Of a DNA stretch of 64,000 nucleotides, positions 53,091 through 64,000 are shown in pieces. The notes beneath the pieces were generated by a model. The model was not told where the DNA came from, made no database searches, and saw nothing but the letters and a program-made list of their open reading frames with translations. Source of the DNA: Squalus acanthias (taxonomy: Eukaryota); the NCBI GenBank assembly GCA_030390025.1, contig CM059431.1:145454001-145518000 (forward strand), read 5' to 3'. The position numbers were made by a program, and so were the translations under genes. The first letter of the stretch is position 1. Each line of letters begins with the position of its first letter.

Positions 53091-53262
53091 CAAGTTCCTC
53101 TATTTCTCTCAGTATTTTGTCCAGCTTTGGTAACCTGTGGCTCATTTTCACAAAGGATTCCCACATCACACTTCGGGCCCGAGAGCCTTTCTCCATCACC
53201 AGATTTAAGAGAAGTTTGGAACTGTCCGCCCAGTTTCCCTTCTCCGCGAGCTCAGTGACTTT
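53091..53262 (-). CDS. NLR exon 3 (C-terminal half of CARD-like death fold, KVTELAEKGN...KGSRARSVMWESF...LREIEEL)
   Basis: Boundaries ctttacag|AAAGTC and GAACTTG|gtacgg. The exon is 172 nt, phase 0-1. The helical pattern with KG..AR..MWESF resembles CARD helices 4-6. Confidence 0.82.
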
Positions 53263-53974
53263 CTGTAAAGAACAATAATGAATATATTGAGGAGCGGAGT
53301 GAAAGACAAACACTGGGAATGAGAAGGCAAGGATTTGCTCAGTGCTGGGATCTCTCAGTTGTTTTGAGCACAGAAAGCAATCACTGGCCCGGGTACACAT
53401 CCATTCTGAACAGGGGCTGAATATTCTGTAAAAACTTGGTCCACTCATTAATGGAAAATGCACGTAATGAATCTAAAATAAAAATCAGGAATATCATTCC
53501 TGGAGAGTGAGGAATCACTAAGAATTTGCAGTAGTTTTAATGGGTTTAGTTTGCTCTGTCCTTCAGTCTATAACATGACATCTGATTACAGGACAATATG
53601 ATACACTCTTTTCTCAGACTTACTTCCTGATGTCACACGTTGTGATTTGATTAGAAATAAAACAGCAAAGAATCAGAACTTGAGTGGGAGGGAAGGGTCC
53701 AATTTAAAGTTAGGGAAGCAGCTGGAAAACTGCCTGAGAATTCACACCGACTTATCGAAGCAACCACTGCTGATTATTGGGCTGAAAAATCAACCAATAT
53801 ATTTTTAAGGATAAAAAGTCCAATCACTCCAATCACATTTTCTCCTGTATTATCTTGCACACCCGCTGCCGATATGAAACTTCGGTAACCGGGAGCACAT
53901 ATCCAGCAATGGGGCTCGTGCAGTCAGGACTTTCATCGACAACAGCTTATATTTATATATCGCCTTTTTTAATT

Positions 53975-54495
53975 GTATTTATTAATTCACAGGATGTGGG
54001 CGTCACTGGCAGAGTCAGCATTTCTTGCCCCTCTCTATGTGTCCTTGAGATGGTAGCCCTTGAGCCGCTGCAGTCCGTGTGGTTAAGGTACTCCCACAGT
54101 GCTGTTAGGGAGGTAGCTCCAGGATTTCGACCAAGAGACGATGAAGGAACAACGATATATGTTGCAGTCAGGATGGTGTGTTCCTTGTAGGCGAACTTGC
54201 AGGTGATGGTGTTACCCTGCACCTGTTGCCTCTGTCCTTCTAGGTGATATAGGTCACGAGTTTGGGAGGTGCTGCCGAAGAAGACTAGTTGAGTTGCTGC
54301 AGTGCATCGTGTAGCTAGTAGACACTGCAGCCACCTTGCACCAGTGGTAGAGCTATTTAAGGTGGTGCTGGTCAAGTGGACTGCTTTGTTCTAAATGGTG
54401 TCGAGATGTCTTGAGTGATATTGGAGTTGCACTCATCCAGGCAACTGGAGATTATTCCATCACACTTCAGACTTTCGCCTTGTAGGTGGTGGAGA
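53975..54495 (-). mobile_element. Non-LTR retrotransposon 3' fragment (CR1/L2-related group)
   Basis: Minus-strand decayed ORF2 C-terminus across frames (LHHW..VAAV, QHLPNSRP, SFIVSWSKSWSYLPNSTVGVP). It ends ...GACGCCCACATCCTGTGAATTAATAAA near an A-rich stretch. Confidence 0.6.
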
Positions 54496-54884
54496 AGAAA
54501 ATACACTAAAATCCCATTTGGACACAGCAGTGCGTTGTCACTGGAATCACTTTAGCGGCTGTAAGAATCTTCAATAACTGTTTAGTAGCAGGCTTCTCAT
54601 TTGAAAAAAACTACTGAAAAGGAAGTAAGGAGGCAATTGGGACAATACTAATAAACTATATCAAATGGTCAAAAACTGCGGAGCTGTTCAGCCTTTCCTA
54701 ACTTAAAAAACATTTTGTGGTGGTTAATGATTGCGAACTATCAGCGCTCGCCGTTATTACACCGCTGAAACTTACCGCAAATTCAAGAATTAGCGCATGC
54801 GCATCTAAACGTGGACATCCTGAAGTTGCGGTCAGTCGTTCATTGATCCAACACTGCCTGTGCTGTGCACGAGGATGTAGAGTT

Positions 54885-55176
54885 TTACCCAGATTCGTCC
54901 TGTTCACAAAAAGCAGGACAAATCCAATCCAGCCAATTACAGTCCTATCAACCCAGTCACGATCTTCAGCGAATTAACGGATGCAGTCATCAAAAGCACT
55001 GTAAAGCAGCACTTACTCACCAGTAAGCCGCTCACCGGTGCTTAATTTGGTTTCCACCAGGACCAATCGGCTCCAGACCTCATTACAGCATTGGTTCAAA
55101 CATCGATAAAATAGCTGAATTCCAGAGGTGAGTTGAGAGTGACTGCTCTTGAGAGCAATGCAGCATTTTAACGAGT
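54885..55176 (+). mobile_element. LINE reverse-transcriptase internal fragment
   Basis: Translates to PVHKKQDKSNPANYSPI...*FGFHQDQSAPDLITALVQT...RVTALESNAAF*RV, a decayed N-terminal RT region with stops. Confidence 0.75.
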
Positions 55177-55199
55177 AGTGTTTTGAAAAAGCTGGATGA

Positions 55200-55880
55200 A
55201 AGTACTAAGTTTTAAGAAGGAGATGAAGGTGGATAGGCGGACGGATCTAGTGAGTGAGTTTCAGAGCGTAGGGCCTAAGGCAAATAGACTCTCAACCACC
55301 ACTGGTAAGCTGAAGGTCGAGGGTTGCACAAGAGGCCAGCGTTCGAGGAACAGACAATCCTAGGCCTGCGGACGTTTTCTGTGCTGGATGTCGATACAGA
55401 GATAATGAATGGCTGGGCCATGAAGGAATTGAATTTGGAGGATGGACATTTTAAACAGAAGGCATTCGAGGACCGGGAGCGAGCACACGAGTGTTGGTTA
55501 ACGGGAGCTGCGGCGCGACAGGGTACAAGCAGAGTTTGGATGAGCTGAGGTTTCCGGAGGGCTGAGGAAGTAAGGTCAGCCAGAGGAGCGTTATAATGAT
55601 CCAGGATAAAGGTGAAAAAGACACAGATGTGGTTTTCAGCAGGAGATGGGCTGAGGTAGGAGTGGAGACGGACAATGTTATGAAGGTGGAAGTACGTGGT
55701 ATTTGTGATGGAGAACTTATGGTGGCGAAAGCTCGGTTCTGGAGCAAATAGGTCGCCGAGGCTGCGAACGGTCAGGTTCAGCATCAGAGAGTGGCCCATG
55801 AGGAGGGATGGAATCAAGTGGTGAGAAGACGGAGTTTGTGGTGCGGATGCTAGATGATGATTCAATCTTCCCAATATTTA
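55200..55880 (-). mobile_element. L2-clade LINE fragment
   Basis: ORF 55275..55874 contains VRSLGDLFAPEPSFRHH..SITNTTYFHLHNIVRL...LDHYNAPLA...QLIQ, a degenerate L2 post-RT region. Confidence 0.8.
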
Positions 55881-56047
55881 ACTGGAAAAATATCAAACTA
55901 AAGAAACGGCATGATCTAAAGAAAAACACATGTGCTAACCAGTGAAAGAATATTAAAACAATGTAGCTACCAATATTTCATCTCTCAGTCACTCTCTCCA
56001 TAATCAAATAACCAAATCCATTCATTAAAGTTAACCGATAGTAAATT

Positions 56048-56265
56048 ACAGACTGAATGAGCTCCATCTCATATTCCTCCTGGGGAGTGATATTCCCCAC
56101 CAAGAGCACAGGACCAGGAAATGACAGACTGAATGAGCTCAATCTGATATTCCTTCCTGGGGAGTGACATTTCCCACCAAGAGCACAGGACCAGGAAATG
56201 ACAGACTGAATGAGCTCCACCTCATATTCCTCCTGGGGAGTGACATTCCCCACCAAGAGCACAGG
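56048..56265. repeat. ~76-bp tandem repeat, ~2.9 copies
   Basis: Units start at 56048, 56124 and 56201 (ACAGACTGAATGAGCTC...TGGGGAGTGA(T/C)ATT(C/T)CCCACCAAGAGCACAGG). Confidence 0.92.
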
Positions 56266-56465
56266 GGCAGAATATTTTCTCTTTTGTGCACAGTTTTCAC
56301 CTCTTCGTATCAAGGTTTCAGATTCACAATGTTTGCAGTTTTATCCTTTATTCCTCTATTTTGCCTGTTTCAATTCCGTAACATTCTATGATTCTAAAAT
56401 CTGATATTTTGTCAGTTCTGTGATGTTAGAATAAACTAAACTCAATCTGTGTCTCCCCCACTTAC

Positions 56466-56632
56466 GTGGTATTCTTGTCCACTGAAATGGTCCTCGCCTG
56501 TTAACCAGAGACCGAGTCCCTCCACACCCTCTTCAACCGCCTGTTCTAGTCTGTCCCGGTAGAATTTCGTCAACTGGAACAGCTGGTAATCGTCGCACTT
56601 TGTCAACAACCCAGTGATTGTAGAGCTCGGCT
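56466..56632 (-). CDS. NLR exon 2 (N-terminal half of CARD-like death fold, EPSSTITGLL...FYRDRLEQAVEEGVEGLGLWL...FSGQEYH)
   Basis: Boundaries gttcacag|AGCCG and TACCAC|gtaagt. The exon is 167 nt, phase 1-0, compatible with exons 1 and 3. Confidence 0.82.
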
Positions 56633-58204
56633 CTGTGAACACAAATGGAGAAAACTAAACAGATTATCCACTTTCTATCCGGGAGGCTACATTTCCTCTT
56701 ATACTAAACGGCTGTCGCCTCCTGTGAGCCACATTATCAAACACCTTCCGAAATCCATGTGTACCGCATGTGCAAAATTACATCTAACTATAGAGTCAAT
56801 TCCTTAAAAACGTGTGCAAATTTGTCAAACACTACTTGCCTTCAGCTAATCCGTTCCAGCCTCCACTAATTACACTTTTTTCTTTTAATTACATAGAGGT
56901 ATGTAGAATTTACAGCACAGAAACAGGCCACTGGTAGAAAAGGAGCTATGCCGGTGGTTATGCTCCACACGAGCCTACTCCCACCTTATTATCTCATCTC
57001 TGACAGACTTTAACAGCTTGGAGTGCATTATCTCTGGTCCCAGTGATTTATCCACGCTCCCTATTTTTTTCAGATCCAAATATTTCTTTAACTATAGTCC
57101 CACATCCTGAATTAGAACACCAACATTCTCACTTCCACTGAAATGTTTTCAAATTAATTACATATTTACTAACTCTCCAAGCAACTTTATCCGCCACAGT
57201 TAGTTTCCACCTTGATCCCCAGGAGTCCGACAATCTGGCATTATTCTTCACTTTTGCTAAAATCTGACCCTTTTTTATATTAGCTGCTGGCCTTCTCCCA
57301 TATTCCCCTTTGGCCCCTCTATTCTCCCACTCACCTTCCTACTACAATTCCTGCAATCTTCGTGTAACTCTTTACTGTTGTTACCCATGTTTTATTTTGG
57401 GACAGTTGCGACTGCCAGTATTACTGTCCTGTTGTTCTTGACCGGGTACCTGCAAAGTCTGTGAATCTTCCCCTCTATTTCATCTCTGCTTCTCGGCCAG
57501 CAATGTCCACCGAGAATTTTACTATTTCCCTTCCTATTCCTCAACTACATTCGTACATATGAATTATTTCTTAACATAACTCCCGGAAACATCCTTCTGT
57601 TCTGGCGCCGTCATATAACTCTTTATTATTAGTGGCACCCACAATTTTTTTTTCACTCCTCTCAAAACATTGTGACCAGGAATATTTGGCTCCGACGTCT
57701 GTGAAAATCCAGGCACTGTCTTACAGACAAAAAATCTCACATCTCACATGCCTCTAACGTCCCATATGTGTTTGAAATGATTTGCACATCCACCGGCAAA
57801 GCGCTCAATCCAAACTCCATTTCTTTTGAATATTTACCAGTTTTCATTTTTCTTTTCTTTTAATACTTGAACAGCTTTTTCCGTTTTTCCTGGTAATAAC
57901 TTTTCACTATTTCATAAATCTTCTGTTTCTGCTCTAACAGTTTTAATAATTCCGCTCTTTGGTCTCAGATCCGGATATTTCCCAACTTCCATTCATATCA
58001 GCTTTTCACTGCTCCATTCACTTTTCTGCAAAACCTTTGTAGGTGGTCGGTTCAGATCGCGCCCGTCCCTTCCCTTCTGTCCTAACTCACTCTAGTGCCC
58101 CAAGAACGTGAACCCTTCCCTCCTGCTCCAGCCCTGCCGCCGCACTTTGATTTGCCTCCTGAAGCGGCCCAGTGTAAAACAATCTGTAGATCACCACCTT
58201 CAAT

Positions 58205-59040
58205 TACGCAGAATAAACAGCACAGAAACAGCTCATTTGGCCATTATAGTCTGTGCTGGTGTTTACACGCCACACGATTCACCTCCAATTCTATCTACGT
58301 CATCTCAGCCTTTCAGCATATCTTTATATCAGTCTTTCTCTCATGTACTCGTCCAGTTTCCTTTTGAAAGCATCTAAGCTATTTACCTCAATCACTTCCT
58401 GTGTTAGCGAATTCCACACTCTAACCACTCTTTGAGGGAAGACATTTCTCCTTATATCATCTTTGGATTTATTATTAACTGTCTTGTATTTATGGCCCCT
58501 AGTTTGGAATTGTCCCACAAATGGAAATATTCACTCCACATTTCCGCTGTCCAACCAATTCATAAAATTGAAGACCTCTATCAGGTCGCATCTAAGACCT
58601 TTTTCTAAAGAAAAGTCCTGATCTGTTCAATATTTCCCGACAGCTGGAACCTCTCAATTCTAGGAACATCCTTGTAATTTTTTCTGCACTTTCTTCAGTG
58701 CTTCAATGTTATTTTTTTATATTATGGAGACCAGTACTCTGCACTGTACTCAAAGTACTGCCTGATTCTTTACAAGATTAAAATAACTTCATTAATTTTG
58801 AACTCTTTACCCCTAGAAATAAATCCAGTGCTTTGTTGGGTATCTAATTGTTTTGTTGACCTGCGATGCTGTTTTTAATGAGTTGTTCACCTGTATTCCT
58901 TGTTATCTTTCCATTCTATCCCATTCACTTTATATTTTCTAAGATGTTTCTATTTTTCCTACAAAGTGCATCACCTCAGTTTTATCTATTTTCAATTTCA
59001 TTTGCCACTTAACTGTCACATCTGCAATATTTCGAGTGTG
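58205..59040 (-). mobile_element. CR1 LINE 3' fragment
   Basis: Minus-strand peptides TRGHKYK...RRNVFPQRVVRVWNSL.QEVIEVNSLDAFKRKLD and KWQMKLKIDKTEVMHF. A CR1-type 3' end (CTGTTTCTGTGCTGT) lies near 58215, and a similar end occurs at ~56890-57000. Confidence 0.8.
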
Positions 59041-59630
59041 TTCTTGTACTGAGGGCTTGTTTTTAGTCCGGTGCACAAGTCTGAAAATTCCCTTCATAAA
59101 CGTCTTTCTATCCATGTTATCGGTTCCGACCATGGGTACTTTCTGCTCTCCTTTCCTGTCCAGAGATGGTCCCACCCGTCCCAGCATGTTCGTCCCACTG
59201 GTACCACGGAGGAAACTTACCATTTGGGACCTGCTCAGGGCTGCAGAAGAGTCTGTCTATTCCCCTGACTATACAACCTCCCACCACTATCGCTCTGCTA
59301 TTCCTGTGCCCAACCTGCCTCTCACCCCCGCCACACTCTGGGTGGTCTCCTGCTCTCTGGCTTCAAACTGTTGCTCAAGAAGACCCTTCTCTGAGTCACT
59401 GTATCTATCCACCTTACACTCTCAAATACCAGGTATCCATTGGACTCTTCGAGTAATCAGGGGCTCCCTCCACCTCTTACTGCGATGCCCCTCTCGAAAG
59501 TCAGTCACTTCCCTCTTTTGACTCAGCCACTGTCCTGTTCCCTCATCCTGTGTGAGCTGTTGGTTCTTGCTCGAGATCTGGACACTTTGTCAGGACTGAA
59601 ATAATAATTTAAAGAATTTTATGAACTTAC

Positions 59631-59694
59631 CTATGTTCATTCTCATTCTTGTTGAAGATGTTTGAACTTCTCCCCTGTTTGAACCTTCAGCCAT
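59631..59694 (-). CDS. NLR first coding exon (MAEGSNRGEVQTSSTRMRMNI)
   Basis: ATG in good Kozak context (acaATGG) at 59694-59692. The donor ATAG|gtaagt is phase 1 and matches exon 2. A candidate acceptor attacag| at 59727 suggests an upstream non-coding exon. Confidence 0.65.
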
Positions 59695-60599
59695 TGTGTT
59701 GGCAGGCGCCCCCAGTTTCTTATTCTCTGTAATAAATATAATATTAATAGGAGGGTTAGACGGAAATATTCAAATGAGAAGGAGAACGTTGCCTTGTTAA
59801 TCATATCAAGTCCCTCCTCCCCCATCAGTACAACAGCTGTTAGCTCTGGGATCGAGCATTTCCCGAGTGTTACGATCAACTCTCCACATCAGATGTGACA
59901 CAGACAGCTGCCCAGTGAAATCCAGTGAGTCCCGCTGATCTCCACAACGGAGTTCCAGACGGGCTCCCCTGGGCCGAGACTCCGCACTGGGAGCGCCCAT
60001 TGGTGAAATTTACTCACACAGTGCAGGCCAAAACCAGCATTATTACTGAGGTAGAGAATGTTCTGCAGGGAAGGAGCGAGTGATCATTGATGAATTCAAT
60101 CATCCTGCACTTGGTTTTACACAGTCTAGTGCTATTGGATTATTTTTATTCACAGATTTGTGTTGAATGATATTGATTAAGTTTTGATATTAAATTACGT
60201 TGTTTAATGAATATGATATTTTTCCACATGCACAATATATAGCTGGGTGTGATCGCTCTGCTCTCTATGGGCAGTGACATTGTCGGAGTGTTCATGGAGA
60301 TGTGTCCTGGTTGGTGCTTCTATTTGAATATATTGACCATATCTCTCATGCTGTCAGCACCTGATTAATGGGACTGTAGGAGGTGAGGACATTTACCACT
60401 GTTCCACTAATATTAACACTAATGTGTAATGTTTGAATCATGTAACTTTAAACAGTGAGATGATGCTTAACATTGATTTGTGGAATATCTTGCTATCTCA
60501 GGAATGGCCATGAATATATAAGTGTTAGATTTGCCTGCTGTTTTACAGTGAATATTCCCCACTTGTGCTCTTGTCTCGCTGTGTGTGTCCACACACGTG

Positions 60600-60655
60600 C
60601 GTCCAATCAAACTCTCAGTCAGCGTCCTTTCCTTTCCCCACTGGGGAAATGTAAA
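60600..60655 (-). promoter_or_regulatory. Candidate immune-type cis-element cluster upstream of the NLR (speculative)
   Basis: GGAAAGGAAA on the minus strand at 60637-60628 fits the Ets-IRF composite GGAANNGAAA. It overlaps a perfect inverted repeat TTTCCCCA-C-TGGGGAAA at 60633-60649, with CCAAT at 60603. These lie ~0.95 kb upstream of the ATG and are motif matches only. Confidence 0.2.
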
Positions 60656-60794
60656 GCGATTCAGTCTAGGATCAGTAATTCTTCTAAACTGTAATTGAAG
60701 TTATTCTCCGGCATTAACTTATAACCAAGTTTGAGACCTTGTAAAGATTCAGTGATCTGCTGTGTCACTCACGCTCACACTGGTACAATAAACA

Positions 60795-61240
60795 CACAGC
60801 AACAACAACTTGCATTTCCATCGAAACACATCGCAAGGAGCTTCACAGAAGCCAAGTACGACAAAAGATGGGCTCAGACTAAAGGAGGTAGAAGGAGGCG
60901 TGGTCAGAATGTTGGTCACAGCAGTGAGTTTCGGAGGGTTCTAAAGGAGGAGGGAGCTGGAGAGGTTTAGGTGGGGAATTGTTGAGCATTGAGCCGGGAC
61001 AGCTGAAGGCACAGCCGCCATAGATGGGGGGAGGAGAGGGTGAAATGACACAAGAGGCCAGAGTCGGAGGAATAGAGAGATCGTGGTGGTGGGGATTGTA
61101 GGGCTGGAGGAGCTTAGAGACAGGAAGGGATTTAAACAACGATGGGACTTTTAAATTGGATGTGCTGGGGGACCGGGAGACAATGTAAGTTCGCAAGGAC
61201 AGGGGGGTCCATGAGCAGAGTTTTGATGATATTTGTCGCG
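60795..61240 (-). mobile_element. L2-clade LINE 3' end
   Basis: Minus-strand PPVLANLHCLPVPQHIQFK and GGCAFSC motifs, with a (TTG)n tail seen as CAACAACAAC at ~60800. Confidence 0.75.
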
Positions 61241-61244
61241 CGCA

Positions 61245-63990
61245 GTCGCAGCCACACACACCACTGATCCATCACCGCACCCCACTGACCCAGCCCCGCA
61301 ACAGAACATTTCACTCACCCAGCCCCACACCCCACTGCCACAGCCCCGCAACACAACACTTCACTCACCCAGCCCCACACCCCACTGACCCAGCCACACA
61401 CACCACTGACCCAGCCCCGCAATACAACACTTCACTCATCCAACCCCACACCCCACTGCTACAGCGCCGCAACACAACACTTCACTCACCCAGCCCCACA
61501 CCCCACTGCCACAGCCCCGCAACAGAACACTTCACTCACCCAGCCACACACCCCACTGACCCAGCCCCGCACTCCACTGACCCAGCCCCGCAACACAACA
61601 CTTCACTCACCCTGCCCCACAACCCACTGCCACAGCCCCGCAACACAACACTTCACTCACCCTGCCCCGCACACCACTGACCCAGCCTCGCACACCCAGC
61701 CCCACACCCCACTGACCCAGCCCCACACCCCTCTGACCCAGCCCCACACCCCACTGACCCAGCACCGCACCCCACTGACCCAGTTCCGCAACACAACACT
61801 TCACTCACCCTGCCCCGCACACCACTGACCCAGCCTCGCACCCATCTGACCCAGCCCCACACCTCTCTGACCCAGCCCCACACCCCACTGACCCAGCCCC
61901 ACACCCCACTGATCCAGCACCGCACCCCAATGACCCAGTTCCGCAACACAACACTTCACTCACACAGCCCCACACCCAACTGCCACAGCCACGCACACCA
62001 CTGACCCAGCCCCGCACTCCACTGACACAGCCCCGCACCCCACTGGCCCAGCCCCACACCCAACTGACACAGCCCCGCACCCCACTGACACAGCTCCGCA
62101 CCCCACTGACCCAGCCCCACACCCCACTGACCCAGCCCCACACCCCACTGACACAGCCCCACACCCCACTGACCAAGCCCAACCCACCCTTGACCCAGCA
62201 CCGCACCCCTCTGACCCAGCCCCGCAACACAACACTTCGCTCACCCAGCCCCACACCCCACTGACAGAGCTCCGCACCCCACTGACCCAGACCAAACCAG
62301 CACTGACCCAGACCAAACCACCACTGACCCAGCCCCGCACCCAACTGACACAGCTCCGCAGCCCACTGACACAGCCCCACACCCCACTGACCGAGACCAA
62401 CCCATCACTGACCCAGCCCAACACCCCACTGACCCAGCCCAACACACCACTGACCCAGCCCCGCACCCCCTGACCCAGCTCCATAAACCACTGACCCAGC
62501 CCCGCACCTCACTTACCTAGCCGCACACCCCACTGGAACTGGCCCGCATCACACTGCTCCAGATCCGCACCCCACTGCCACTGCCCCGCACCCCAATACT
62601 TCACTGACCCAGCCTGACACAAAAACAACCCTGCACCACACCGACACCGCACTTACATGCATCACACCGAAACTCCACTGACTCTGATGCACACCAAAAC
62701 CCTACTGAACCATCCCCACAACAATACCATACTGACCCAGCCCCGCACCCCACTGACCCAGCTCCACAACCCTCTGACCCAGCCCCACACCCCACTGACC
62801 AAGCCCCACACCCCACTGACCCAGCTCCGCAACCCTCTGGCCCAGCCCCACACCCCACTGACCCAGCCTCACACCCCACTGACCCAGCCACACACCCCAC
62901 TGACCCAGCCCCATACCCCACTGACCCAGCCCAACACCCCACTGACCCAGCCTCACACCTCACTGACCCAGCCCAACACCCCACTGACCCAGCCCCAAAC
63001 CCCACTGACCCAGCCCTACACCCCACTTACCCAGCCACAAACCGAACTGACCAAGCCCCAAACCCAAATGTCCCAGCCCCGCAATCCACTGACCAAGCCC
63101 CACACCCCACTGACCTTGCCCCACACCCCATTGCGAAAGCCCCACACCCCACTGACGCAGCCCCTCACCCCATTGATCCAGCCCCACACCCTGCTAACCC
63201 AGCCCCCACACAACATTAACCCAGCCCCACACACCACTGACCCAGCCCCACACACCACTGACACAGACCCACACACCTCTGACACAGCCCGAAAAGCCAT
63301 TGACCCAGCCAAACAATGACATCCCACTGGACCAACCCAACACCGACACTTCACTGACCCAGCCTGACACAGACACGCCACTAATCCAGCCCCACACCGA
63401 CACATCACTGATATAGCAGCACACCGACACATCTCTGACCTAGCAACACAACGACACGACACTGACATAGCCACACACCTACACTTCACTGACCAAGCCC
63501 CACACCCCACTGACCCAGCTCCACAACCCTCTGACCCAGCCCCACACCCCACTGACCCAGCACTACAGCCCACTGACCCAGCCCCACACACCACTGAACC
63601 AGCCCCACTCCCCACTGACCCAGCCCCACACCCCACTGACCCAGCCCCACACCCCACTGAACCAGCCCCAGACCCACACCCCACTGACCCATACCCACAG
63701 ACACACCTCACTGACCCAGCCCCGCACCCCACTGATCCAGCCCCACACCACACTGACCCAGCCCCACACCCCACTGACCCAGCCCCACACCACACTGACC
63801 CAGCCCCACACCACACTGACCCAGCCCCACACCACATTGTTTCAGCTCAACAGTCAACACTCTATCTCAGATCAACACCACACAGACCCAATCCCAAACT
63901 CCAATGACACAGCCCCACATCACAGTGACCAGTCTCACACCCCACTGATTTAGCACCACTTCCCACTGACCCAGCGCCACACACCACTCA
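61245..63990. repeat. C-rich 21-bp minisatellite (CCCCACTGACCCAGCCCCACA) with longer variant units
   Basis: Directly visible tandem units. 61290-62250 interleaves an ...GCAACACAACACTTCACTCA... variant, and the array degenerates after ~63840. Confidence 0.95.
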
Positions 63991-64000
63991 CCCAGCATCG

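Larger units (their letters stand above)
41013..59694 (-). pseudogene. NLR-family (NACHT-LRR) receptor gene with N-terminal death-fold/CARD-like domain; probable pseudogene, 3' LRR exons not in window
   Basis: Five exons with GT-AG boundaries join in phase: 59694-59631, 56632-56466, 53262-53091, 52984-52919 and 42786-41013. Motifs include Walker A GVPGIGKT, Walker B LLFIFDGLDE, sensor-1 VLVTSRP, WHD YTFPHLTIQEF and a first LRR (LDLQDCDIQCEGLQRL). There is an in-frame TGA at 42071-42073. Confidence 0.88.

Noticed and set aside
41013..59694. Assigning the symbol NLRP3, NLRP12 or NLRC3
   Set aside because: No pyrin domain is evident and orthology cannot be established without a phylogeny. The gene looks like a lineage-specific paralogue.
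61607..63837. Gly/Cys/Trp-rich keratin-associated-like or Pro/Thr-rich ORFs
   Set aside because: They are translations of the 21-bp minisatellite, open in multiple frames on both strands, with no gene structure.

Overview
This is eukaryotic (vertebrate) DNA, most likely from a cartilaginous fish; that is an inference from the NLR subfamily and the CR1/L2 LINE types. Bases 1 to ~40470 are one tandem array of a 39-bp unit (TGTGTCATGATGCTGGATGTATTGGAGAGTGTGAAGGGC, about 1,040 copies, continuing off the left edge). The array is nearly perfect in its interior and becomes divergent, with block duplications, over its last ~8 kb. All giant ORFs in the track are translations of this repeat. About 540 bp beyond the array is a minus-strand, multi-exon NLR (NACHT) innate-immune gene. 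Five exons splice in phase into a death-fold (CARD-like) - FISNA-like - NACHT - HD/WHD - first-LRR protein. The NACHT exon carries an in-frame TGA and several radical substitutions, and no LRR exons lie between it and the array, so the gene is probably a pseudogene. Its introns hold decayed CR1 and L2 LINEs, a second 39-bp minisatellite split by a CR1 insertion, and a 76-bp triplet repeat. A G4-prone 21-bp minisatellite fills the last ~2.7 kb. I find no convincing new biological system. The notable points are the satellite architecture and its position relative to the NLR locus.
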